DNA of 63,798 nt, counting the filler, from Octopus bimaculoides (taxonomy: Eukaryota): the NCBI RefSeq assembly GCF_001194135.2. It is 5 parts of 4 records of this genome, joined end to end, with 100 filler letters (N's around TTAATTAATTAA, not from the genome) between each part and the next. Parts side by side here need not be neighbours in the genome. Positions count along the whole stretch, not along the records: positions 1 to 27,592 come from NC_068982.1; 4 more parts are not named here. One strand, 5' to 3'. The notes beneath the pieces were generated by a model, which saw only the letters and a program-made list of their open reading frames with translations, was not told the origin of the DNA and ran no database searches. A program made the translations under genes and the position numbers. Each line of letters starts with the position of its first letter. The first letter of the stretch is position 1. This document shows, piece by piece, positions 1-11,640 of the stretch.

Positions 1-619
1 ACTTTATTTGAATTCTTACGATCGGGTAACTAATTTCATGTTATTACATGACTGACTTCACAATTTGGGTATTCATAACTTATTAGGAATTCCTAACAAC
101 AAGATCCTGTGTAAGACACTTCAGTATTATCTGTAAATGCACAGAAAGCATTTTAAGGGCTACATACTTTGTATTGTTGTTACTGGATTAGCGAAACAAC
201 TATGAGAACGGAACCAAGGGATAAGCCCGCATTACCGGGTATGTCAGCTACTATATATATATATATATATATATGCTTATTATAGCTTCAGGCTGACCAA
301 AACTTTGTAAGTAGATTTCGTACTCGGAAACTGAAAGAAGACTGTCGTATATATGTGTATGTGTGTGCGTGTCATGTTTGTACCGCCACCATTGCTTGAC
401 AACTAATGTTGCTGTGTTTACATTCCTGTAACTTAGCGGTTTGGTAAAAGACACTGACAGAATGAGTACTACGATTACAAAGAATAAATCCTGTGGTTGA
501 TTTCTTCGACCAATGGCGGTACTTCAGCATGGCTGCAGTCACATGACTGAAGCAAGTAAAACAATAAAAATCTATGCCATTTTAATCTCGAGCAAGGCCA
601 GGTATCTCTGCTAGTAATA

Positions 620-830
<211 letters not shown>

Positions 831-1189
831 ATGTGGTAGTATCAGAAGTTGACATTCTCTTTTCTCCTCTTACAGTCTTTTAACGCTTNNNNNNNNNNNN
901 NNNNNNNNNNNNNNNNNNNNNNNNNNNNNNNNNNNNNNNNNNNNNNNNNNNNNNNNNNNNNNNNNNNNNNNNNNNNNNNNNNNNNNNNNNNNNNNNNNNN
1001 NNNNNNNNNNNNNNNNNNNNNNNNNNNNNNNNNNNNNNNNNNNNNNNNNNNNNNNNNNNNNNNNNNNNNNNNNNNNNNNNNNNNNNNNNNNNNNNNNNNN
1101 NNNNNNNNNNNNNNNNNNNNNNNNNNNNNNNNNNNNNNNNNNNNNNNNNNNNNNNNNNNNNNNNNNNNNNNNNNNNNNNNNNNNNNNNN

Positions 1190-1307
1190 TTGTCCTCATC
1201 TTGTTTGTTGTTAACACAATGTTTCAGCTGATATACCCTCCAGCCTTCGTCAGGTGTCTTGGGGAATATTCCCAAACCTGGGTTCTCATTCCTAAGGTAT
1301 TTTTCGA

Positions 1308-1345
<38 letters not shown>

Positions 1346-1543
1346 TCACTGCCTGGAATCGAATTCGGAATCTTGGGGTTAGTAGCCCACGCTCTTAACC
1401 ACTATGCCATATGCCCAAGACACCTGATGAAGACTGGGGGGTATATCAGCTGAAACGTTGTGTTAACAACAAACAAGATGAGGACAAATATCCATCAAAT
1501 GTAAATAATGTAAATAATTCCTCATCTCTTAAATATAGAACTG
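1190..1543 (-). mobile_element. tRNA-headed short retroelement with Penelope-type hammerhead tail and an inverted duplicate of its 3' end
   Basis: Minus strand: A box TGGCATAGTGG and B-box-like ATTCGATTC (1341-1416), (AAT)n, then CTGACGA..GAAA core. The tail is repeated on the plus strand at 1414-1543. Second copy at 42391-42660. Confidence 0.7.
1418..1464 (+). ncRNA. Putative minimal type-I hammerhead ribozyme motif (Penelope-like)
   Basis: GACAC-CTGATGA-A-stem II (partly degenerate)-GAAA-CGTT-GTGTT. Stem I is GACAC/GTGTT; palindromic AACGTT sits in place of helix III; predicted cleavage after GUU at 1459. Confidence 0.55.
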
Positions 1544-1559
1544 CATTCAAATATGTTTA

Positions 1560-1720
1560 TTACCTCTGCCTTCGCTAAGGTGGAGGTATTGTTTTCAGTC
1601 TTGTGTGTTTGTCTGTGGACAAGATATCTCAAGAACTGCTGGAGGGATTCAGATGAAACTTTCAGGGATATTTGGCCTTGTGGCAGAGGATGAGAAAGTC
1701 AGGAAGTACCAACCATGGGA
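1560..1720 (+). mobile_element. Helentron/DINE-1-like non-autonomous element fragment
   Basis: Terminal hairpin acctctgcctt-cgct-aaggtggaggt, then a gtttgtctgt microsatellite and the ...gattcagatgaaactttcaggg motif typical of DINE-1/HINE elements. Related inverse copy at about 36950-37065. Confidence 0.45.
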
Positions 1721-1744
1721 AGTGAATTGCATCTACAGAGCCTC

Positions 1745-1880
1745 AGAAACGAGTGTGGTACTGATTGTAATCAGTTCATTTGGGACCATCTCAAAGAGAG
1801 CAATATTCTGGTGTCAAAAGCTGAAAATACCAAACTTCTTGGGAAGTATTCAGTTGGCAGCAATACTTAGAACAAATTAA
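1745..1880 (+). mobile_element. R4/Dong-type (RLE) non-LTR retrotransposon C-terminal relic
   Basis: Translates to VVLIVISSFGTISKRAIFWCQKLKIPNFLGSIQLAAIL, resembling the PIVIGALGT...Q..A.LGT end of RLE ORFs. Confidence 0.5.
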
Positions 1881-2289
1881 GTACCAGTTTCATACTGGGG
1901 ATCGATCTAATTGACTGCCACCCCCACCCCCACAAAAAAATTTCGAACTTTGTACCTAGAGTAAAAAAGAATACTTAGAACAACATGTGTTGAGAAAAGT
2001 GTTGCATCTGTAAGCTGTGGGATGGAGCTGAGATGTGACAAATAAATCAGGAAAAGTTAAGCGAATAAATAAATTTTTAAAAAAATGATGATGATGATGA
2101 TGATGTCTTTTATTTGCCACCAGGGCAATGGATGAGGGAGATGTGAGAATTTACATGCAATGAAATGATATAAACATCCCTTTATTTAAAGTAGAAAGTT
2201 TGCATTATATACAATAAAACATAGAAAGAAGATATGCATAATATCCTCCAGATAAAAAAAAAAAAAAAATTAAGATTATTTGATCCTCC

Positions 2290-2760
2290 TGATAGAGGAG
2301 GACCTCTAGGGACCATTGTAGAACACCACTATCCAAGACCTTGAACACCAAGGGCAAGTGTCCTCTCCAATTTCTTTTCTCTAAGCAGTTTAACTTGCCT
2401 TGTCAGTCCAGTGTTCAATGATACCATATGACAGCATTGACCTGCCTCTCCAGGTGACCAGCCCACTGACTTGTCAGTGTTAATTGTGGCCCTTGTAACC
2501 AACTTGTATTCCTTTAGAATGATGCCAACCATCTCCACTATGATGGTGATGTCATCCACATTCACCGACACACAGCCTTCTTGTATCCCTGTTTGAAAAG
2601 GATGCCCCTCAGCTGTTACAGCTTTCACAGCAGTGGCTTGAGAGCCAGCATATACAGAAGAAGTGACAGCAGACAGCAACCCTGATGAACCAAGCATGGG
2701 ATGTGAAATGGTTCTGATAGATGGCTGTTTACTTTGACCACTGAACATGTGCTGCTATGC
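2290..2760 (-). mobile_element. Tx1/L1-clade reverse transcriptase relic
   Basis: ORF 2329..2748 contains VDDITIIVEMVGIILKEYKLVTRATINTDKSVG...VKLL, a degenerate YADD region and the downstream A.IN..KS motif. Confidence 0.55.
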
Positions 2761-3194
2761 ATTGCAGCTGTTCAACCTCTGAAACTCCAAAATATCTGTT
2801 GTTACAGAGTTTTTACAACCAGACGGCCATCTTACCTGTTTCTAAGCAAGATAGTATTTTCCCCATGGCCGGACATGTTTATCACAGAAGACTGGAAATG
2901 TATGTCGCTTGTATGACGTGATGGTCATTTACAACCATCATGTGATGTCAAGACAAGGAGACACACAAACACAAACACACAGAGTGTAGTTCCGTTAAGG
3001 TAAGATCAACAGGAAAAAAGTACTCCATCCAGTGTAAGATAAATATCAGTCAATGTACACAAGTATAAAGATACGAGTTACAAATAGTTTCTTGCTATTA
3101 AGACACACGGTCATGCAGATTTATATAACATCACTTGTATCTCCAAGCAATCTTCAGGATCGCATATATTTATGTGTATGTATTGAAATTATAC

Positions 3195-3570
3195 AAATGG
3201 AAATTGTAGTTGTGGCCGATACCAGTGCTGCCTGACAAGTTCCCATGCCTGTAGCATGCAATAAGCACCATTCATGTGTGGGTCATTGCCAGTGCTGCCT
3301 GACTGGCTCCTCGTACTGGTGGCACGTAAAAAGCACCATCCGAATGTTGTCAATGCCAGCTCCCTCGCCCTGACTGGCTCCTGTGCCAGTGGCATGTAAA
3401 AAGCACCCACTACACTCTTGAAGTGGTTGGCATTAGGAAGGGCGTCCAGCTGTAGAAACATTGCCAGATCAGATTGGAGCCTGGTGCAGCCTCCTGGCTC
3501 TCCAGCCCTCAGTCAAACCGTTCAATCCATACCAGCATGGAAAATGGATGTTAAACGACGATGATGTATA
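3195..3570 (+). mobile_element. 5'-truncated RTE-LINE 3'UTR copy (representative)
   Basis: Tandem 50-55 bp modules, then ggcattaggaagggcgtccagctgtagaaac...gttaaacgacgatgatg tail. Related copies at about 3960-4220(+), 5845-6010(-), 8135-8560(-), 14290-14480(-), 16400-16640(-), 19850-20180(+), 25530-25900(-), 35860-36370(+), 38845-39100(-), 39470-39780(-), 41690-41885(+), 46830-47128(-). The same tail directly follows RTE coding sequence at 26700-26967. Confidence 0.7.
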
Positions 3571-3782
3571 TATGACAGGTTTCTTTCAGTTTCCATCTAC
3601 CAATTCCTCCGACAAAGCTTCGATTTGCCCCAAGTCTTTAGGGAAAGACACCTGCTCAATGGAGGCTGAACATGAAACCAAACAGTTGGGAAGGAAGCTT
3701 TTTAGAAATTGAGAGTCTTGTGCCTGTAATTTCCAGAAATGGGCATCTATCATTCATTCAGTTTGTTCTTTTTTTTTTACAG

Positions 3783-3927
3783 GAAAAAGAAAAAGGAAAA
3801 TATTCTTCATGAGGCAAAGTTGAACCAAAAACAAAAGCTGGAAATGACACTGAAAGAAAAAGAGACTATCAAGTTGGAGAAAGAAATGTTGAGCTATGCA
3901 AGTTATAAGCAGTGGTTGATACGAAAG
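3783..3927 (+). CDS. MAP9: MAP9/ASAP-like microtubule-associated protein, penultimate coding exon
   Basis: Acceptor ttttttttacag at 3782 and donor AAG|gtaata at 3928. Encodes KKKKENILHEAKLNQKQKLEMTLKEKETIKLEKEMLSYASYKQWLIRK, a charged coiled coil ending in YxxWLxxK as in the MAP9 C-terminus. Confidence 0.75.
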
Positions 3928-6389
3928 GTAATATTTGAGTCACAAAGTGGCCATAGATCCCATTGTCACCTGACTGCAAGTGCTGGTGGCACATAAAAAG
4001 CACCATCTGAGTGTGGCTGATGCCAGTACCACCTGATTGGCCCTCATGCCAGTGGTACGTAAAAAGCACCCACTACACTCTCAGAGTGATTGGCTTTAGG
4101 AAGGCATCCAGCTGTAGAAACATTGCTGGATCAGATTGGAGACTGGTGCAGCCTACTGGCTCACCAGTCACCAGTTAAACCATCCAACCCATGCCAGCAT
4201 GGAAAGCAGACATAAATAATCAGGTTTTCTTTTTTTCTTTTTTTTTCCTTTTTCCTTGCCTCAGTCCTTAGACTGTGGCCATGCTAGGGCACCACCTTGA
4301 AACATTTTTAGTTACACAAATAAACTCCAGTACTGGTTTTTTAAGCCTAGTACTTATTCTATTGATCTCTTTTACTGAGGTGCTAAGTCATGGGGAGGTA
4401 AACAAACTAACACCAGTTGTCAATCAGCGGTAGGGGACAAACTAAGATATGACAGGCTTCTTTCAGTTTCCATCTACCAAATCCACCCAGATGGCTTTCG
4501 TTGGCCTGAGGTTGTATTAGAAGTCACTTGTGCAAGGTACCAAGCAATGGGATTGAACCTGGTACTATATGGTTGGGAAGCAAACGTCTTACCACACAGC
4601 CATGTGGCTGATGTCCTTTCTGCAGACTGGTATTTAAAGTTGGGGACATGGAACGTAGGAATAGTGACAAGGAGGAGAGATTACAGGAAGTGGTAGGGAC
4701 ACAGAGCAGAAAATGAGTGGACATATATGAAGTATACATGCGGTCAGTTTGAAAAAGAAAGCAGTGAACTTAGGCTTTGATTTGCTTACAATTTGACCGG
4801 CTCTGAGTGTTTTCTGAAACTTTTGAAACACTTGTCTTCATAAACGACAAAGGGGACGGTAAGGGACAATAAATGCATTGGTACAGTAGTTTTAGTTTTT
4901 GTCCCCTATTTATTATAGACACACTTTAATTTATACTTATTCAGTCAGATACAAATATACACTATTAATATCCAGCACAAGTCCACATATTCAAACAAAA
5001 GAAGAGTCTACATATTTAACCGTTTCATTACTAACCCGGCTGAAACCAGCTCTGGCTCTTGTTTTCATAAGTTTTGAATTAAAATCTTCCAGCAAACCTT
5101 ATGAGAGTGCCATATCTCAACATTATCTTTCAGTTAAATTCTATAGTTGTCTATATTTTGGTCAAAAGAGTTGTCCTAGAAGATGTAAAACTCATATTTC
5201 TGGCTATGCTGTTTTATGTAACTGATTGGTCTCCAGGGTGGTGCACCACTGCTATGATTTTGTTGTCATCCACTTGTTGCTAATAGCTAACAGGCAGATT
5301 AAAATTTAGCATTCCATTAATTTTTCAAGAATTTCTCATTTAGATAATAAACAAATGTTTCTTAAAGATAATACAGTCATTAAACAGTGGAAGATATATA
5401 TATATCAACTGTGGATTAGAGGTACAGGGAAGGAAGGCACAATGGTATGATGCTTTCTCTCCACATAATTGACAATGTAGCATAAGCGTTTTGTTGTAAG
5501 TTTGTGCTCGCAGACTTTGATATTTTGGACTTATGCTCCTTTAGCTCCCTATCCTACAACACTCAAGTCCCCCATCTGCAATATGGCTGTACTAAAACAC
5601 GGAGCAATTTTTTCATACATTTAAAATAAACATATTGTATATCCTGATAAACATGGTACTTTTTATTCAATATTCAAATCATTAAATGTTTTCTCTGAAA
5701 TAACAACAGTATATTATTATATTTAATATTGTCATATATTTCACCCTTCTCCTATGATCTATTTCTGCATTTGTGTCATCATAACTTAATTACTTGCTAA
5801 TAAGAATCTCTAAGTCCAAAGGTGAGAAGAAACAGATAATATCATCATCATCATCGTCGTCGTCGTTTCACATCTGCTTTCCATGCTGGCATGGGTTTGA
5901 CTGAGGACTGGCAAGCCAGTAGGCTGTACCAGACTCCGATCTGATCTGGCAAGGTTTCTACAGCTGAATGCCTTTTCTAACACCAACCACTCCGAGTGTT
6001 TAACATGTTGCTTGTGTATGAAGCATGACATTACATAGTAGAGACATGGGTATTGGATGTGTGAAAGCTGGGAAGATATTAATCAACCATTTTCTGCTGA
6101 ATGTGTAATGTTAATGTGTATAGAGTGCCTTAGTATAGATGAACAGGAGTAGAAAAGAAATCTTTGCAAGGAAGATAACTGCATTAATGTGTAGAAAAGA
6201 TGGGTAAAGCAATGCTAGATCTAAATGGCAGAGGAAGACTTTGGATGATACGGGCAGAAGTTGGGAAAGCTGTTCTCAGGATGTTGCACCTTATAAATGA
6301 AATGACAAAGCAAGTTTCAGTTTTTTTAATATACCTGTTCTCAATTAACATTAATTTACTTTCTTATTCTCCTCTATTACAATGGTATC

Positions 6390-6620
6390 TTATTTCTTTA
6401 TTGCCCACAAGGGGCTAAACATAGAGGGGACAAACAAGGGGATTAAGTCAATTACATCAACCCCAGTGCGTAACTGGTACTTAATTTATCGACCCCGAAA
6501 GGATGAAAGGCAAAGTCGACCATGGTGGAATTTGAACTCAGAACATAAAGACAGACGAAATACCACTAAGCATTTCGCTCGGCGTGCTAACGGTTCTGCC
6601 AGCTCACTGCCTTATTACAA
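6390..6620 (-). mobile_element. tRNA-like-head SINE, second family (representative)
   Basis: Minus strand: gagctggcagaaccgttagc A-box-like segment, gagttcaaattcc B box, then gtcgactttgcctttcatcctttcggggtcgataaattaagtacc. Copies at about 28750-28970, 29000-29220, 29740-29900, 48600-48810, 55090-55180, 56990-57060, 57640-57830. Confidence 0.65.
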
Positions 6621-6791
6621 TGGTATATATTACATGGTATCTGCTTCTGGGAACCAACAGACAATGTAACCCACTTCAAAGGAAATCTGGTGATTAGTTG
6701 TGACAATTATGTTGACCATATTTATCATTTTCTCATTTTATTATATACAGAATTATTTCTATTCTTATCTTATCTTTTGTTGGAAAAGCAG

Positions 6792-6899
6792 GAAGAAAAT
6801 GAGAAAGAAGAGACATTAAAGAAACAACAGCAAAACTTGAATTACTTTGAACCCAAATTAGCTTGGAGACCTCCCAGTCGAACTATGAAATGGACTTAG
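6792..6899 (+). CDS. MAP9: MAP9/ASAP-like protein, terminal coding exon
   Basis: Phase-0 acceptor and TAG at 6897-6899. Encodes EENEKEETLKKQQQNLNYFEPKLAWRPPSRTMKWT*. The W.PPSRT motif and the 28-residue W-to-W spacing match my recollection of the vertebrate MAP9 C-terminus (YEKWLENK...LPPWSPPSRT). Confidence 0.75.
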   Translation, partial: EENEKEETLKKQQQNLNYFEPKLAWRPPSRTMKWT

Positions 6900-9444
6900 G
6901 AATACAAGATATATTTAAGGTTTGAATCTATATTTTCTTGCATTTAGTTGTTGTGTTGCAAAAATGTTAAATTACTTTGTTATTTAACAGTTTGTTATGT
7001 AAGGGACGACCATGCGAACTCAAAAAAGAGCAATGGTGACGAATGGAAAAACAGAGGACTCCTTTTATTTAAACGCGTCACACGGTCGAACACAAAATAA
7101 TATATCAATGATGATATACATAATATGTTATGCTACGATAACATAGATGACCAGTAATTAAAGACCACAACCGTATTAGATGAATANNNNNNNNNNNNNN
7201 NNNNNNNNNNNNNNNNNNNNNNNNNNNNNNNNNNNNNNNNNNNNNNNNNNNNNNNNNNNNNNNNNNNNNNNNNNNNNNNNNNNNNNNNNNNNNNNNNNNN
7301 NNNNNNNNNNNNNNNNNNNNNNNNNNNNNNNNNNNNNNNNNNNNNNNNNNNNNNNNNNNNNNNNNNNNNNNNNNNNNNNNNNNNNNNNNNNNNNNNNNNN
7401 NNNNNNNNNNNNNNNNNNNNNNNNNNNNNNNNNNNNNNNNNNNNNNNNNNNNNNNNNNNNNNNNNNNNNNNNNNNNNNNNNNNNNNNNNNNNNNNNNNNN
7501 NNNNNNNNNNNNNNNNNNNNNNNNNNNNNNNNNNNNNNNNNNNNNNNNNNNNNNNNNNNNNNNNNNNNNNNNNNNNNNNNNNNNNNNNNNNNNNNNNNNN
7601 NNNNNCGTGTGGTACACGGAACAGTCTCAAAGAGAAACTGGACCGAGACGAATTTGTTGGGTATGAGTTGATCTATTTATAGCAAATTATCGGCTCAAAG
7701 ACGGTAGCAGAAAAACACTATCACGTGACCTTACTAAGGGCTGTGATTGGTCAGTTTGCGTTCTGGCGGGAAAGGTTCGAAGAATTTGCCGCTTCAAATA
7801 ATAATCAGTCACGTGATGACAAGGCTGGTGTTTTCCCCTACGTTCGCGTTTGTTTATATTTAAATGAGAAGAATGGCGATAGCAGTTTTGTATCTAATGG
7901 CGATAGGTAGTTTCACTACAGTTACCACATTTCTGTCGAAATACACAGCCTTTATTTCAATTAATTTTGAAAATAATGAAACATGTAATAAAACACAACT
8001 GTTATTATAATGGAATTATGAAATTTTGAACAATGGTTTTTAGATCATTGTAATCCTTTTGTTACCATATTTTCATTGAAATACACTATAGAGAAATTCA
8101 CCCGACTGTAGGAGTAAAGCCTTAGCGTTTCTGTTGAGTACTGGTAACAATGGCAGGCTGGATAAAATAAAATCATCATCATCGTCATTTAATGTCTGTT
8201 TTCCATGCAGGCAAGCCAGAAGGCTGCACCAGGCTCCAATCTGATCTGGCAAAGTTTCTACAGCTGGATGCCCTTCTTGATGCCAACCACTCTGAGTGTA
8301 GTAGGTGCTTTTATGTACCACCGGCACGAGGGCCAATCAGGTGGTTTTAGCAACGACCATGCTCAAAAGGTGTTTTTTACATGCCACCTGCATGGGAGCC
8401 AGTCCGGTGGCACTGACAATGACCATGCTTGAATGTTGTTTTACTTGTGCCAGTAAGGCGACGCTGGCAACGATCATGTTCAAATGGTGGTTTTTACGTG
8501 CCACGGGCACGGGAGCCAGTCAGCGGCTTTGGCAACGGTCATGCTCGGATGGTGCTATAAGTAATTTTTCATTGATATGCATTGATGTATAGCTGCAAGC
8601 ATGGCTGTGTGGTTAGTTGCACCTTGGAACATTGGCTTATGTTCTATTCTATAACTGCAGGTTGGATAATATTTTGTGAGTGAAATTGGGGTACAGCAAC
8701 AGGAATTTTGCTCTGTGTGTGTGTATACATATGATATAATGGCTATCCACTTGTGACTAAAGAAGACCATCACTGACCATTGCTCATGCAAAATGTCAGC
8801 AATGCCTGTGCATGAGGTTAACTTCACCTACAGCTTCCATGCTCACTGCAATGTCCAATTACTTGACCAGGTGTCAGAAAGTAGCTTTGCCAGTAATTGC
8901 ACAATCTAAAATTTTAGGTCCAATAAGGCTTGCACATCACCTCTCCACCCTACTGACATGATTCAGAGATAAGCCAGAGCAAGATATCCAGTGCCAATAT
9001 TGGTCAGAAGCTCAGGAATATGGGAGCACCATGATCTCTCACAAGGAAAAGATTTCCCTCCAAAATGTTCAATGCCATTCCCTGAATATATATTTGTATA
9101 TGTGAATGATTTTGTATTTTCTGCTTATGGTAAATGTGTTTGCTAACTGTAAACAAAACAACCACCTCGCTATTAAAGAAAGGGGATGTTGTGTGCTTGC
9201 TGTCAATCACAAAAGTATGTCCAGCCTTCTTGACATCTTGACTGATATTTGTCAACAAAAAAAAAAAAAAAAAAAAGGCTCACATGTCCTAGACGTTTGC
9301 TTTTGATACACAAAGGGATTATTTACCTTGCATGGAGACAAGTGATGGTCAGTGACAAGAAAGCCATCTGGCCATTGAAAACTTGCCTTAATGAATTCTA
9401 TTTGACCATACAAGCATGGAAAAGTGCATCTTAAAACAATTATA

Positions 9445-9890
9445 TTGGGTCATCTCATAAATTATGCGGTTTTTTCAGTTGCATGATCTAAGGGGATAAA
9501 CAACCTGCATCAACTTGCTATAAAAGCAGCAGGTAGTAATTTTACCGTGTGCTTATTCTTAGTGCAAGTTTTGAAGAGTGCAGTTCGATTTTAAGTTATT
9601 TTTTCAAAGCTATAATGGAAATGACAAAGGAGCATATTCGGCATATTTTGCTTTAGGAGTTCAATAAAGGCAACAACGCAACAGAAAGTGCGAGGAATAT
9701 TAGTGCAGTATATGGGTATTGGACAATAAGTCTAAGTGAATTTCAACGGTGGTTCTAGAAATTCTGAGCTGGAAACTACAGCCTAGAAGGAAAGCCTCAT
9801 CCTGGAAGATCTGTAGAGCTTGACGAGGATGTCCTGCAAACCCTGGTGGAACAAAATCCCATTGTAACTGTTTATGTACAACTGTCTTCC
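9445..9890 (+). mobile_element. Mariner (DD34D) transposon 5' relic
   Basis: Starts after TA with ttgggtcatctcataa. ATG at 9615 gives MEMTKEHIRHILL*EFNKGNNATESARNISAVYG, the mariner N-terminal HTH with an in-frame stop. A 5' UTR-only copy lies at about 36670-36810. Confidence 0.75.
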
Positions 9891-11309
9891 AAATCTCACA
9901 AGACATTGGCCAACATGAAGCTATGGTAGATGCCACTCTTTGGGGTTGAACTGGAATCCCAGGGTTTATAGGTGAATTTCTTAACCACAGCTATGACAGT
10001 GTCAGGTGGATTTAAACATTTAAAAAAAATTTTACAGTATTCAAACCAACCAATTCACGTGCAAATATTTTACCCATGTTGTATTGAAAATGACCAGATT
10101 AGGTCTCTCACACCTACCCTACAATGTTATTCTAAAATAATAGCATCTTTTAAATCTGAAAAAAAGTAAAGTATGATAAATTGAAAACATTTGCTGAAAG
10201 GTTAATGACCAAGTAAAAAGAATTCAAAGACAAAGTGAGAATCAAGTCTTCATCCATTTCATAGCAACCCCACTGAACCTCTTTTTGCTTTCAAAGTAAT
10301 TTAAATTACAATATTCCACTGACATTTTTTGTTAATGTTTGCTTCAAATTAATAATGACAAAGTTTAATAAATTGTCCATTATTTTAAAAATAAATTGAA
10401 ACAAAGGCAATGTATTTTAACAGAAATTTGGTAAGAAAAGGGTTTAATAATGACAAAGTTGTTTTACTAACACCTTCATAATTTTAAAGACGAATTGAAA
10501 GAAAAGTAGTGAGTTTTAACAGAAATATTGTAACAAAAGCAATAACTCTTTTGATACAAACTTCAAACAGCAGATTAACAATGTCAGAGTTATTTTATTA
10601 AATTATTCATTATTTCAAAAATTGAAAGAAAGACAGTGTATTCCAACAGAAATTGTTAGGGAATTAATAGCATTTAAACTATATTTTAGACTTTGTGACA
10701 CAAAATTTTCATTGAATATTAAGATTCAAGTTAATTTTTTTCTGTTTAGTTCAATGAGAATAACTGGACATTCAAGTGAAATGAGAGGGAAGAAGGTAGA
10801 GACTAGAGCAGACTCCAGTCTTGTCCTGGACATGACCACCTCTCTAGTGTTGCTGCCATGATGTAATGTTCTGGCTCTTTACCCTCATATTTTAGCTTTC
10901 CCTATTCAAGGTTTGTAATCTTGTGGAATTCATGACAATTTCATTAGGGCTGGTGGCCTGAGAAAAGCATACGGTCCATGCTGTGAAGTGGTTGGCATTA
11001 GGATGGGCATCCAGCCTTAGAAACCGTGCCAAAGAGACACCAAAGCATAGTACAGTCCTTGGGACCATCAGTTTCTGTCAAACCACCCAATGACATTAAA
11101 TGCTAAGTACACTCTGTAAAGTGGTTGGTGTTAAGAAGGATATCCAGCGATGGAAACTATGCAGAAAAATGTATGAATGAGATATGGTCCTCTGACTTGG
11201 CTAGGAGGGCAACAAACTAAATAAAACCTGATCCAAGATGAAACAACTCATCAAACCCATGCCAGCATAAAAGTGGTATTAATACATGACCATAACACAA
11301 AGTTGATGC

Positions 11310-11640
11310 GTGAATAGGTGCAGGCATGGCTGAGTGGTTAAGGAGCTTGTGTTGCAATCACATGGTTGTTCAGTCCCACTGCATGGCACTTTGGTCATGT
11401 GACTCCTACTTTAGCCCCTATGCTGACCCATGCCTTGCGAATGAATTTTGCAGACAGAAACTGCATGGAAGTTCGTCATGTATGTTTTTATCCTCCACCC
11501 TCATGTGACAACCAACGTTGGCTTGTGTTGTTGCAGCTTAGCAAAAAGAAACCAATAGAATAAGTCCTAGACTTAAACCCTTCAAAATAGTGCCCCAGCA
11601 TGGCCACAGTCCCTTGACTGAAACAAGCAAAAAGAAGTCA
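11310..11640 (+). mobile_element. Abundant tRNA-derived SINE, main family (older copy)
   Basis: Head gcaggcatggctgagtggttaagg...gttcagtccc, central gcac(c)ttgg motif and tail gtgccccagcatggccacagtc...gactgaaacaag shared with many copies. Confidence 0.7.

Noticed and set aside
849-1275. Long ORFs made mostly of X (also at 7105-7671, 11907-12461, 30716-31435, 32880-33629, 43680-44600, 48930-50007, 60055-61134)
   Set aside because: Artefacts of N gaps.
1341-1416. tRNA-like sequence as a genuine tRNA gene (also other SINE heads)
   Set aside because: Acceptor stem is not closed and the sequence continues into a repeated body; these are SINE heads.
7587-7960. CpG-rich stretch with E-box (tcacgtga) and CCAAT motifs as a promoter
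   Set aside because: No adjacent first exon found, and it runs into a repeated transposon-end sequence; more likely an element terminus.
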